From: Octopus bimaculoides
Lineage: Eukaryota
Assembly: GCF_001194135.2 (NCBI RefSeq)
Contig: NC_068990.1
Span: 30,430,227-30,494,226 of the forward strand
Direction of reading: 5' to 3'
DNA length: 64,000 nt
Part shown: positions 51,741 to 62,609 of the stretch, in pieces
Numbering within the stretch: position 1 is the first letter of the stretch
Layout of the letters: each line of letters begins with the position of its first letter
Program-made: the position numbers and the translations under genes
The notes under the pieces: model-generated
Seen by the model: only the letters and a program-made list of their open reading frames with translations
Database searches by the model: none
What the model was told of the DNA's origin: nothing

Positions 51741-52189
51741 AACAACAAACAAGATGAGGACAAATATCCGTTGAATGTAAATAATGAGTATTTCACTTGT
51801 CACTATGTTCTGAGTTGAAATTCTGCTGAGGTCAACCTTGCTTTTCATCCTTTGAAGTCGATAAATAAGAACCAATTGAACACTGGGGTTGATGTAATTA
51901 ACTCAACCCCTCCCCCAAAATTGCTGCCCTTGTAGCAAAATTTGAAACTTATCATTATTATTATTAATCAAAGGCAGTGTAGTTTGGTGGTAAGTAAATT
52001 GTTTGTCATTTGATTTTCATTCTGGTTCAAACCACTTCGTTTCAGTTGCTCTGGGGCTGGGAGGGGGTGGGGGAGATTAACTATTTTGAAGAGAACTGCA
52101 TGTTTTTTTTCTAATTTTTTTCTTTCTTTTCTTTCTAAATTGTGATTTAATCCTGTTTCTTTCTTTCTTCTTTTCCTCTCCCTTTGTAG

Positions 52190-52438
52190 ATGCACCCGAT
52201 GTTTTGCCAACAGCAACTCAACTGGAGAAACTTGGCCCACCACCAGNNNNNNNNNNNNNNNNNNNNNNNNNNNNNNNNNNNNNNNNNNNNNNNNNNNNNN
52301 NNNNNNNNNNNNNNNNNNNNNNNNNNNNNNNNNNNNNNNNNNNNNNNNNNNNNNNNNNNNNNNNNNNNNNNNNNNNNNNNNNNNNNNNNNNNNNNNNNNN
52401 NNNNNNNNNNNNNNNNNNNNNNNNNNNNNNNNNNNNNG
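52190..52438 (+). CDS. FMNL: FMNL FH1 exon: (D)APDVLPTATQLEKLGPPP... running into an N-gap (52247-52437)
   Basis: Long pyrimidine tract plus tgtAG; phase 1 fits exon 38795-38933; polyproline starts at the gap edge; G|GTTAGT donor directly after the gap; phase 1 fits the next exon. Confidence 0.8.
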
Positions 52439-52738
52439 GTTAGTATATTCATCATTTTTTATCATCATCATTATTATTATTATTATTATTATTGAGTGAG
52501 AGAGCAGTGCATACCATCAAAGTGACACTGGGGTAAAATATACTAAGCCCAATATACCCATCATGACTACCTGTCTGATAAGGGTACATCAGGCACATGC
52601 ATCACAACCACACACGTGACATGGTGATCTCATATCAAGATAAGCAGCGCATGGCCTTGTAGGTGGGGCCCAGTCAGGATTTTCTTTAGCTCAAGTAATC
52701 CTTCCTACTCAAAAGGCCTCTGAATAAGTATTGTTTAA

Positions 52739-52929
52739 CCCTTTAGCATTCAAATACTCTACATGTTCTATGTTTGATCTGGCCTCTTATACCTATCCTA
52801 CAATGTCATTGCAAAAGTAAACAGTCACATCATCAAAATTTCAAAACTTCGAGGTAATGCATGATTAATTGAAAACAATCTGAATAAATACGGATTACAT
52901 TTGTCAAAGAAATCTGAAATGCTAAAGGA
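52739..52929. mobile_element. piggyBac-like MITE
   Basis: TTAA-CCCTTTAGCATT ... AATGCTAAAGGA-TTAA; related decayed copies at about 26250-26450, 28390-28577, 39272-39415 and 58135-58325. Confidence 0.75.
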
Positions 52930-53233
52930 TTAAGAATGATAAATGAAACACCCATGTTTTCAGAAATGAATTATTCAAACTCCAAAGGATTCCTCTCAAC
53001 ACATGGCTCTGATGCTTCCCCACTACTTCTGCTTGTGATCAAAGATGCACATATTGTCAGCCACTAAGAGACGAGCTCAACCGGTTAAAGTCAAACAACT
53101 GACAAGCAAATCTGTGGTATTGAGCAGAATATTTACTGTAACCCATCTTTATTATTATTATGAAAGCGGCGAAAATGTGTTTGTGAAGATAATTTCCCTT
53201 GTCTAACCCGAAAACTTATTTCTTTTTGTTTAG

Positions 53234-53358
53234 CGATGACCATTAAAAAGAAAGTGCAGTCTAAATATCGACTACCACTGTTGAATTGGACCCCTCTCAA
53301 ACCTCAGCAAGTGAAAGGGACCATCTTCTCAGATCTTGACGATGAAAAGTTGATGACT
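53234..53358 (+). CDS. FMNL: FMNL FH2 exon: (A)[41 protein letters not shown]
   Basis: gtttAG / ACT|GTAAGT; FH2 lasso motif LPxxNW..LKP.Q..GTIF. Confidence 0.97.
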
Positions 53359-53434
53359 GTAAGTGGGGGCTTTTCTCTGTTTTTTTTTCTTTTGTTTTTA
53401 AATTTCAGCCAATATTTTCTCATATTATATATAT

Positions 53435-53735
53435 CATCATCATCATCATCATCGTTTAACATCTGCTTTCCATATTGGCATGGGTTGGACAGTTTGATTG
53501 AGGACGGGCGAACCAGATGGCTGCACCAAGCTCCAATCTGATCTGGTAGAGTTTCTACAGCTGGATGCCCTTCCTAATGCCAACCGCTCCGAGAGTAGTG
53601 GGTGCTTTTTACGTGCCATCAGCACGAGGGGCAGTCAGGTGGTACTGGCATTGACTACGCTTGAATGGTGCTTTTTACGAGCCACTGGCATGGGAGCCAG
53701 TCAGGCGGCACTGGCATCAATCACACTCGAATGGT
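53435..53735 (-). mobile_element. RTE-tail repeat (family D), inverted
   Basis: (CAT)n CGTTTAAC..GGCATGGGTTGGAC..CTACAGCTGGATGCCCTTCC. Confidence 0.8.
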
Positions 53736-54220
53736 GCTTTATATTTATCTCTTCATTGCTGTCATAAAACTGAAGCTAGGCGTCTCCTCTTTAGAGTCCT
53801 TCAGTGTCAAAAAATCATTCACAGTTCCCCCATGTTAGTGCTGCTTTGCCAAAGAATGTTGAAAACCGCTTCAAAAATGGTTGTGACCAAAATATCCTTA
53901 TGGAAAAGAAGCTATGATCTGCTTTGTTGTTTTATAGACAATAACAACAACAACATTGAATATATTTGACCAATAATTTCAAAGCATCAATATCCAGTGC
54001 TTCATTCTGTGATCTTTGTTTGAAAGTTGTTGTTCCACCCATTCCAGCATAGAAGGCAGACGTTAAATGATGATGATGATGATGATGATGATGAATGCCC
54101 TAAATCATATTGAATCATTCATTTATTTGACAACAACTTCTTTGTGAATTTCAGTTGGGTAAAAAGTGCCATGTGATTGATTTTATTTATTGATCTACTT
54201 TAATTTCTTTTGTTTCCTAG

Positions 54221-54374
54221 GTGATAGATTTTCATGAATTTGAGGAGCTCTTTCGTCTGGGGCCTGCCGGCCCAATTAGCCGGGATCCTACTGTTGGGAC
54301 TCCTAAATTACTTAAAAAGTTAAAGAAACCTGAAAACATAAGCCTCCTTGAACCAAATAGATTACGAAATGTTG
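54221..54374 (+). CDS. FMNL: FMNL FH2 exon: VIDFHEFEELFRLGPAG...KKPENISLLEPNRLRNV
   Basis: tcctAG / G|GTAAGT; FEELF and LLE-NR-RN motifs. Confidence 0.96.
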
Positions 54375-54725
54375 GTAAGTAACATTTTCACCACCTATTT
54401 CTAAAAGACATTAATTGAATCCCTTTGAAGTTAACTCTTCAGGTTTTCTATAGAAATTAAAGCCAGCACTGAAAGTTAAAATGTTTCATATATACGAATG
54501 CATCTGTGTAAACAATGTTATTAAAGATAGAAAAATAGGTGATGTGTGGATATGCATATTTTTTATGAGTTCTTGCCCCTTCTTCTGTTCCACATTCAAC
54601 CCATCAACCGTCCACAAACAAATAACTACTAAAGAAAGTAGGGTAACTATTGAATCGACCAATTTTACTTATTAAACACATTCCTAGAAACAGATACATA
54701 TTAATTACTTGTAAGTACTTATTAA

Positions 54726-54865
54726 TTGGAGAAAAGATTGTTTGCCAACATAACATGGCAGTCCTGGTTTAGGACGAATGTTGCTGTAATTTAGCTGTAA
54801 ATTACAGCAACATTCGTCCTAAACCAGGACTGCCATATTATGTTGGCAAACAATTTTTACTCCAA
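54726..54865. repeat. Near-perfect inverted repeat (about 68-bp arms, 4-nt loop GCTG)
   Basis: 54737-54793 pairs with 54798-54854 with one mismatch; pairing extends to 54726/54865 with two more. Confidence 0.95.
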
Positions 54866-55023
54866 AGTATTGTTGCTGAATATCTCTTGTTGTGAGATTT
54901 AAAAATAGTAATTTTCTAACTTATTAATTGCTTGTTATAAAATGGTGCTGAGATAAATTTACTTCACCTTTCTCACATTTTGGTACAAATTAAGTTAAAA
55001 ATCTTTATCTTCTTATTTTTTAG

Positions 55024-55081
55024 CAATCACAAGAAGGAAGATAGAAATGACAAATGACGAAATTGTTAGAGCAATTATTAT
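55024..55081 (+). CDS. FMNL: FMNL FH2 exon: (A)ITRRKIEMTNDEIVRAII(M)
   Basis: ttttAG / AT|GTAAGG; phase 1-2; AITxRK motif. Confidence 0.93.
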
Positions 55082-55216
55082 GTAAGGCTTCGTTTGTTTT
55101 TTTTTTTCTATTTCTCTCCTTGTTTTGTGCTCTTTTATCTGTTTGTTCCAGTCATTGGGCTGTGGCCAGGCTGGAGTACCACCTTGCAGGTTTTAGTCAA
55201 ACAAATCAATTCTAGT

Positions 55217-55272
55217 ACTTTTGAGTCTAGTGCTTATAATTGGTGACACTTTTGAGTCTAGTGCTTATAATT
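55217..55272. repeat. 25-bp direct repeat ACTTTTGAGTCTAGTGCTTATAATT x2 (31-bp period)
   Basis: Copies at 55217-55241 and 55248-55272, inside a decayed SINE A. Confidence 0.85.
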
Positions 55273-55922
55273 AGCAGACACTACAAATGGATACAAACAT
55301 TTATTTGGTGACTTTTTACACCTTGGTCACTGGCAACAAGACGTAATTAGTCCTGGAATACCAGAAAGAATGTTGAAATATATTTTGCCAAACAGCAAGG
55401 AATATATGTGTGCGTGGTGTAGAACGCCATCAGTTTGTCCCATGCAAATATAAAAATGTAGACATTGAAATGGTAGAGGTAATAAGAAAATAATCTATTG
55501 ATGTGGCGCTTAAAGCCAATTTTCTCATCTTAATTGCAAAATGCTTGGCTTCAGATTAAAATGATGAGTTAAATTAGAGTTAGACCTATTAGCAAAGATT
55601 TAGTTTCACTCTGTTGATACTTTACTTTTGTTAAAATATTATAAAATTGTCTTTGATTCTGTTAATTTTCTAAAGAAATACCATTAAACTGTATGATGCC
55701 AGTATATTAGTAATGGTACTAATGTCTTAGATTTTGGTTGTACCAAGCTGATACATGTTCATGTATGTTTAAAAAGTGTTTACATGGTATGTGATTGACT
55801 CAGCCTGGTGTTTAACATTTTGTTCTACTTAAAAGAACTTTGTGTTAAAATGAGTTGCTTTTGAAGATTTTGTACGAACTCATTTCAATGATTTCCTCAC
55901 AATATTTCTTTTCTGTTTGCAG

Positions 55923-55992
55923 GTTAGACTTACAAAAACTTAGCTTGGATATGGTTGATATTTTGTTAACCATTTTGCCAAATGAATCAGAA
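55923..55992 (+). CDS. FMNL: FMNL FH2 exon: LDLQKLSLDMVDILLTILPNESE
   Basis: ttgcAG / GAA|GTAAGT; phase 2-0. Confidence 0.94.
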
Positions 55993-56828
55993 GTAAGTAT
56001 ATATATATATATGTGTTGTTTTTTATTGCATCTCAGGAGGGTCATTTTGCCAATAATAAACACACTGGTTGTATTTCACCTCTTAGTTATTAATTGAATA
56101 ACTATTTAGTCACTTAGCTATCAAAATTATACACCATTGTAGTTATTGCAACTTGTTACTATTTGAAATTGTTTTATGGTCTTTGAGCAGAGATTGCTGA
56201 GGAAATGCATCTTGTTCCTTAACTCTACTTCTTTGTAACACTAGGCACTTTAAGAATGCTGCTCCTCTTTTCACCAAAGTGAATACGTATTTCACCTTTT
56301 GACATAGAATACAAAACTTTACTTCAATTTGGTGTGAAAATTTAGTTTAAATGGCAAAATACAGGTAACATCCCCCCACCCCTTTTCCAGTTTTATTTAT
56401 CTATGCAGTATAATTATGATTGTATTCATGCAGGGCTCAATTAATGTGTGGGTCATGGCCCAGGGGCCTCTTCAGCTCAGAGAAACCTAAATCTTGGAGT
56501 TAAGAATTGAAAAAAAAAATATATTTACAGCAATCAAATAATTTGAATCTTTTTAAAATTCCAAAGATTTCTTTTGAAATTTAGTCCTATTTTGATTTAT
56601 TGGGCCCTTTTAGATTTAAAAAGTCATTAAATTTGAGTCCTTCTGAATCTACTGAAGCCCTTTTAAGTTTTGGTGCCTCTTCAAATTGTCTGGGGCTCTC
56701 TTTATTATCTTATGCTTTGAATTAGCAAAATTGTAGGGGCCCAGGAGCTCTACTAGGTTTGAATCCAGCCCAGTGTGCATGCATCCACATATGCTTAAGA
56801 GTATGGATGCTGTAAGTATGTTTAGCTA

Positions 56829-56914
<86 letters not shown>

Positions 56915-57181
56915 ATGTATATATCCACTGTCATGTTTTTGTTCCCAACTTTGACCCTCTGTAAATCCTAAATTTCATTTTAGATTTTATGAGAGGAACT
57001 GTCTTCGAAGACTCATTGTTATTGAATGCTTGAAATGAGGAGTAGACAGACAGCCAACAACTGATGAAGGGTCCTTTCTGTGTTTACTTGTCCTGTTTTC
57101 CATATTTCTCTCGTTGTTTACATATTTAACTCATTTGTTTACGTATTTCATGTTGTTTGCACTGTTGGTGACATCCTATAT

Positions 57182-57183
<2 letters not shown>

Positions 57184-57255
<72 letters not shown>
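57184..57255. repeat. (AT)n microsatellite
   Basis: Pure AT run; similar runs border the gaps at 9898-9931 and 40529-40552. Confidence 0.95.
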
Positions 57256-57257
<2 letters not shown>

Positions 57258-57356
57258 TTGCACTTACAAATGCACACATACATGTATGTGTTGATAGTAA
57301 TGATCCAAATAAACATTGTATTTTTCACCATTTCTGTCTGTCTGTGTCCATTCCAG

Positions 57357-57434
57357 TTTAAAGCTTACAAAGAATTTGAAAGAAACAAATCCAATATTGC
57401 TGTATTAACAGATGAAGATAAATTTATGTTGCAA
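57357..57434 (+). CDS. FMNL: FMNL FH2 exon: FKAYKEFERNKSNIAVLTDEDKFMLQ
   Basis: ttccAG / CAA|GTAAGT; L-DEDxFM motif. Confidence 0.95.
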
Positions 57435-57774
57435 GTAAGTGCATCATCTTTACACTTCAAAAACTGATGTTGGAGGTTGTTGGCTTTGAATGAATGTCAC
57501 AACATCCCCCCCATAAACAGTATTGGTTTCATCATCATCCTCTCCACCTATAATTGCCACAGTTTTCTAAGTGATTGCCTCCAGGCATTGGTCTGGCTGG
57601 GTCACATCACTGCCAGCGTGTTGTTTGTTTGTTGTATCGGGGACAATATTAAGAATGTCTTCAAGTTGATGATGATGATGTTGATTGGTTTAAAAGGAAT
57701 ATTTTTAGTGATTTATGTCACAACAAAATGTATGTTTTTACTAATTTATTTCTCTCTCTGCATTTCTTTGAAAG

Positions 57775-57861
57775 CTTTGCAAAGTCGAGCGTCTATCCCA
57801 GAAGTTACAGATCATGAGTTTTGTGGGTAACTACCACGATAACATTCACCATTTGCAGCCC
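57775..57861 (+). CDS. FMNL: FMNL FH2 exon: LCKVERLSQKLQIMSFVGNYHDNIHHLQP
   Basis: tttgaaAG (AAG acceptor) / CCC|GTAAGT; KVERL-QKL-IM-F-GN motif. Confidence 0.93.
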
Positions 57862-58590
57862 GTAAGTTGATTTGCTTTAGTTTCACTTGTTTTCAGACCC
57901 TTTCACTGGAATCATGGCTTCTTCTTCTGCAAGAGTTGTTAATTTGTACTGATTACAAATAATTAACGATGAACTTTTGTTTGTAGCAATGTTTTAATTG
58001 AATCGTTTACGTAAAACGGAGTAACTTCAATCAGTAAATGCAGTTACTTTGTATGTCCACTGTTGGTGGGACAACCAAAGTCATTAACATTATTTGCACT
58101 CTTGGAATAAGTCAATTCAAACATGATTTACATCAATTTAGCATTCAGATTATTTTGTCAAATGGAATGCTTAATGGAATTAATCGTGTGTTATTTTATA
58201 GCTTTGAGATTTTGATGAAGCAACAGTTATATTGTAGGGTTGGTGTAAGAGGCCAGATCTGGCCAATTTGAACATAAAACACAATATTTTGGCCAGATAT
58301 GGCTGGTTTAAATGCTAAATTAAAGTTATTTTATTTTTCTTTATTCTCGTTAACAAAACTCATAAAACCTTATTTATTTCTGTCCTCACTTCCAACTTTA
58401 TTCTACTTTTATGATATTTCTCTTTCTGTCATTTCCCAACTCGTCAAGTTTTAGTCATAACAGATTTTTTTTGCAAGAAAATCTTGCAAATTTGATTCCT
58501 TTTTTTTGTTCCAAATCCTAATCATTTATAAAAGTTTTTAGTTATTTTTGTTTGTTTTTCTCATCAAATTTTTGTTTTGCTCTCTTTCAG

Positions 58591-58659
58591 CAACTAAATG
58601 CATTGATTGCTGCTTCTATGTCCATAAGAAACTCTCAGAAGGTCAAGAAGATGCTGGAG
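58591..58659 (+). CDS. FMNL: FMNL FH2 exon: QLNALIAASMSIRNSQKVKKMLE
   Basis: tttcAG / GAG|GTAAGC; QLNAxIAAS motif. Confidence 0.96.
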
Positions 58660-58804
58660 GTAAGCCTCCACCCAAATTCTCTCTCTCTCTCTCTCTCTTA
58701 GTTTGCATTCTTTATTTTTCTGAAGACTCCCACTTGACTCTCCATTATTCTTCATACAAAAATATTTCACAAAGGACATAAAAACATTTATTTTCTGTCC
58801 ACAG

Positions 58805-58885
58805 ATTATTTTAGCATTTGGTAACTACATGAATAGCGCGCGGAGAGGTCCAGCATACGGATTTAAATTGCAAAGTCTTGACATG
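58805..58885 (+). CDS. FMNL: FMNL FH2 exon: [27 protein letters not shown]
   Basis: ccacAG / ATG|GTAAGT; FH2 post signature GNYMN...YGFKL.SL. Confidence 0.98.
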
Positions 58886-59691
58886 GTAAGTTGTAACATT
58901 TTTATCATTATTCATTGGTGTGTGAAGTATGTTCTGTAGATGAAGAGAAGTCATTAGGATATGGTCCTAGCCATTGTCAAGTGTTTTTCCATCTTGAGAG
59001 GTCTTTAATGATTGTGAGATGCTACAATTGAGGTGAACCTGAGGGCAGGAAGTAAATGATGGAGGGGTGTGGGGGTACAATGAGGTTTTCTTTGTATCAA
59101 TATTAGTTTTTGAGTTCTGTTGCTGCTGAAGGAGATAGAATTGGAGTGTCCCCACTGGCGGATACTTTTCTGGTCCATGTTCATGGGGTCAGCATGGATT
59201 TGTTATGAGTTGTCTATACTGTTAGTGTATGATGTGAGTGTGTGTGTGTGTGTGTGTGTCTGTCTGTGTGTGTGTGTAGGGGGGGGGGNNNNNNNNNNNG
59301 TGTGTGTGTGTGTAGGGGGGGGGGTAGATTAGGGAAGAAAGAAGGGTAGTGTTTAAGGGTGGGTGCTGTTTGATGTAGCAGCAAGCAAGTGATTGGGGAG
59401 GACAAAACCAAACCTTCATTTGGGGCATGTTGAAGATTTTATAATGAGAGACTCTTTTGAGTTCCATCAACAGACGCAGTGTGGGTGTCATCTGATAGGA
59501 AACTACCAATCCAAAAGACCAGAGGAGCAACATTATAGAATTTGGAAGGCATATCTTTATTTTATGTACTTTTCAAAAACAAGTTCCTTAGAGAAGCTTT
59601 TAGAAGACAGTTACCTTTGCTTGTAACTGAAGAAATTTTAAATATTTTGATGGAGATTTTCTAATGTTTAATTGTTTGTTTTATTTTCCAG

Positions 59692-59821
59692 TTGTTAGAC
59701 ACAAAGTCCAGTGATAAGAAAATCAACCTCATGCATTTCTTAGTTCATACAGTTCAAGAGAAATTCCTTGACATTATAAACTTTGAAGCTGAGTTGAGAT
59801 TCATTGAAAAGGCTGCTCTTG
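59692..59821 (+). CDS. FMNL: FMNL FH2 exon: LLDTKSSDKKINLMHFLVHTVQEKFLDIINFEAELRFIEKAAL(V)
   Basis: ttccAG / G|GTAAGT; L.DTKS.D...L.HF motif. Confidence 0.97.
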
Positions 59822-60238
59822 GTAAGTCTATAAGTTTTCTCTCATTTACACTTCTGTAAAGATTCCCAGCCTTTTTCCTACATTTACTCTAACCATAGTG
59901 TAACAGGAAGTTCTTGACAAACTAAACTGCCATGTCTGCTCCAGTTTCTGTACACTCGTGTTTCTTGAAGAAGATCACTCACTCACTTCAAGTACTTGTA
60001 AATAAATACCATGGGGAGGTATACTATGACTTCTAGTTCTTCATATAAATCAGTGAAATCTATTTTGATTTGTCTCAAATCTTCTTTAAGGAATTAGTCT
60101 ATAGTCCAGTCTGTCTTGATTCTACAAAGTGTTCCGGAATATATTAGAATGTCATAACAACTCTTGGATTTACTGGGAGTTGAAAATTACTCTTTCTATT
60201 TTGTAACTTCAGCAAATATTTTAATTTTATATTTTTAG

Positions 60239-60411
60239 TGTCATTAGAAAACATCATGACAGATGTTCATGAGCTTGAGAAAGGTATGGAAATATCTAAG
60301 AAAGAATACCAGACCCGGAAGGAGCGAGATGCTCCAATTGTATTGAGAGATTTCTTGGGAAGTTCTGAAGAAAAGTTAAAAAAACTTATAACTGATGTCA
60401 AAACAGCAAAG
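60239..60411 (+). CDS. FMNL: FMNL FH2 exon: SLENIMTDVHELEKGMEISKKEYQTRKERDAPIVLRDFLGSSEEKLKKLITDVKTAK
   Basis: ttttAG / AAG|GTTTGG; phase 1-0; VSLEN...ELxKGM motif. Confidence 0.95.
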
Positions 60412-60507
60412 GTTTGGATGAGGTTTCTTTTAATCACGTCTCATTTGAGATTCCTTCTACAAATGTCTTTCATATTCTTCATTAACTGTGTTACTATTAT
60501 CATTATT

Positions 60508-60722
60508 AAGGAGGTGAGCTGGCAGAATTGTTAGCATGCCAGACAAAAGGCTTAGTGGCATTTCGTCTGTCTTCAAATTCTGAGTCCAAATTCTGCTTAT
60601 GTCAATTACTGCCTTCCATCTTTACAGAGTTGATAAAATAAGTACCAGTTGAGCACTGGGGTTGATCTAATCGACTTCTCTCTGCCCAACAAATTTCAGG
60701 ATTTAATCCTATAATTGAAAGA
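60508..60722 (+). mobile_element. SINE family C copy
   Basis: Homologous to 51305-51950. Confidence 0.78.
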
Positions 60723-61794
60723 ATTATTTTAATATAACCAGCATCTGTAGATGTATCTCCTGATGTTTATGTGTGGTGGTGCTTGTCACACTGTTGCTTC
60801 ATTTGTTTTATGACTCACCAGGACCACTTTTCATGGCCTCAGTGTTCATTCTGTCTTCATAGATTCACATGGAGACATGGAGCATTTTGTTAACCAGTCA
60901 GTTCCATCCTCTATTAACCCTTATGAATTAAAGGTTGAGTCTGAGAGAATCCTTTTTTTCTTATATTTTGTTGCTTAGAGTTGAGACTTTTAAGAGCTAA
61001 GCATTTTTGTTAGATTTTGAACATTTCCATAAATAATTTGGTTGAAAGTTTTTCTAACAGACTGTTTTTGAAATGGCCAAATTCTTCTTGTGGTGAGTGG
61101 AAATTACATTTGAATTTAAGCTGATTAGATAATTAGAAGTCATTCATTAAAATCTAAAACAAATCAGTGGAACGTTTCTGTGAAAAAAGGTTTTACCTAA
61201 ATCGTATGTAATTATTTTTCAAATTGACTCTGAGAAAGTTGGCCAAGAACTGCTTTCTTTCTCATTCTAAGTATCTTTTCTGTCCAACCATATTCAACTA
61301 TGACACCCACCAGTTAAATATTTATGCTGAACTCCTGTAGTTGTAGGCACTGAACTACTTGCTCAGAGGAACTTGTGAACACAGAAACAAATTAAAAAAT
61401 AAAGTCTTGATATTTCAAAGAAATCCTTATCTCCACTTTCATATCCCTCTCAGATCATAGAAGAGGTAATAAGCTGTCCTGGATATGTTACTGGTCCTTC
61501 AAAGTTCCAAGTTTACTTAAAAATCCATCTTTCATTTTTGCAGGATTAATAAAATGTCAGTAATATTGATTTGGTATAAAGTTTAGAATAAAATCCATCC
61601 CCACCTCTTTTAGGAATACAAGTTAAGAGATTATATATTAAGAAATGGAACACAAGTTTTGGTAAACGCATTGAGAGAAGAAATGGATATTTTGCTTTGA
61701 CTCTGTAATTAGCTGACATGTTAATTATTTTGAGTTACAAATTTCACCTATATTCTTTTTTGTTTTTGACTTTTTTAATGTTTTCTATTTTCAG

Positions 61795-61887
61795 GCTGCC
61801 TATCATCAGGTTGTGGAATACTTTGGTGAAAACCCCAGGGTGGTTTCACCAACAACATTTTTTTCCCAGTTTGTGAATGCATGTAGG
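61795..61887 (+). CDS. FMNL: FMNL FH2 exon: AAYHQVVEYFGENPRVVSPTTFFSQFVNACR; last exon found, gene is 3'-partial
   Basis: tttcAG acceptor; YFGENP...FF motif; donor AGG|GTACAT chosen by position (alternative TTT|GTGAAT at 61872). Confidence 0.85.
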
Positions 61888-62348
61888 GTACATGATCCTT
61901 AACATCTATTTTGCATCGACTAAGGATATTTAAAACCGTCATAACTGATTGAAGAAGTAATTGGAATCAATATATTTTGTCATTGATCTAGTTATTGATG
62001 TAGATGATGTTATTGGTGTAAAGTGACGTTTAGCTAAAATTCAATTTGGAAAGCTATGTTAGTTATCTCCCTTAGCTTTTTATAACAAAGGACTCAACGC
62101 AGTTACTTCCCTTAATAACTTTTCTAATTACTTGATTGTACCTTATCACTGATATGCAATCTTATTTGCCTGTGGCTCCACCCTTAAATTATATAAATCT
62201 TGATCCAATACATGACAGATATATAATTTCTTTCTTTTGGAATTTGAAACCGATTGATTTTCGTTTTATCAGGTTTCAAAACTACATAAGTTAGTATTAT
62301 AAACTGTTGGTAGTAATTTATTAAAAGGGTTTTTGTGTTGTGGATAAT

Positions 62349-62379
<31 letters not shown>

Positions 62380-62609
62380 CCTCCCCCCTCTCTCTCCCTC
62401 TCTCTTATTCCTCTTCGAGCCTGACTGTTTAATTTTTGTAGAATATTATTTATTCAATATTTCATTCAGTAAATATTAAACATGGCAGTGCAACTTCTCC
62501 GCATTAATTTAACAACTGTTTTTGGTGCCACATAAAAAGAATTCATGTCAGTGTCATGGAAGAAACACTGGTGCCACATTCATTTTTATATTTTTATATT
62601 CTATTTTTC

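Larger units (their letters stand above)
51362..51786. mobile_element. Palindromic (head-to-head) cassette of a tRNA-headed, hammerhead-bearing retroelement, inserted in a SINE
   Basis: Arms about 51390-51568 and 51564-51786 are reverse complements; 12-bp direct repeat AGTATTTCACTT at 51350-51361 and 51787-51798; the host SINE reads through once the cassette is removed. Confidence 0.85.
51305..51950 (+). mobile_element. SINE family C copy, interrupted by the hammerhead cassette
   Basis: AGCTGGCAGAATCATTAGCAC..GTTCTGAGTTGAAATTCTGCTGAGGTCAAC..CACTGGGGTTGATGTAAT..TTTGAAAC; other copies at about 7888-8150 (+), 19528-19740 (-), 24505-24715 (-), 60508-60722 (+), 63150-63362 (+) and 63380-63555 (+). 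Confidence 0.82.

Noticed and set aside
57030-57080. CTGATGAAGGG preceded by GAAA, a possible permuted hammerhead
   Set aside because: No GAAA after a stem II, and no pairable stems I and III between the motifs.
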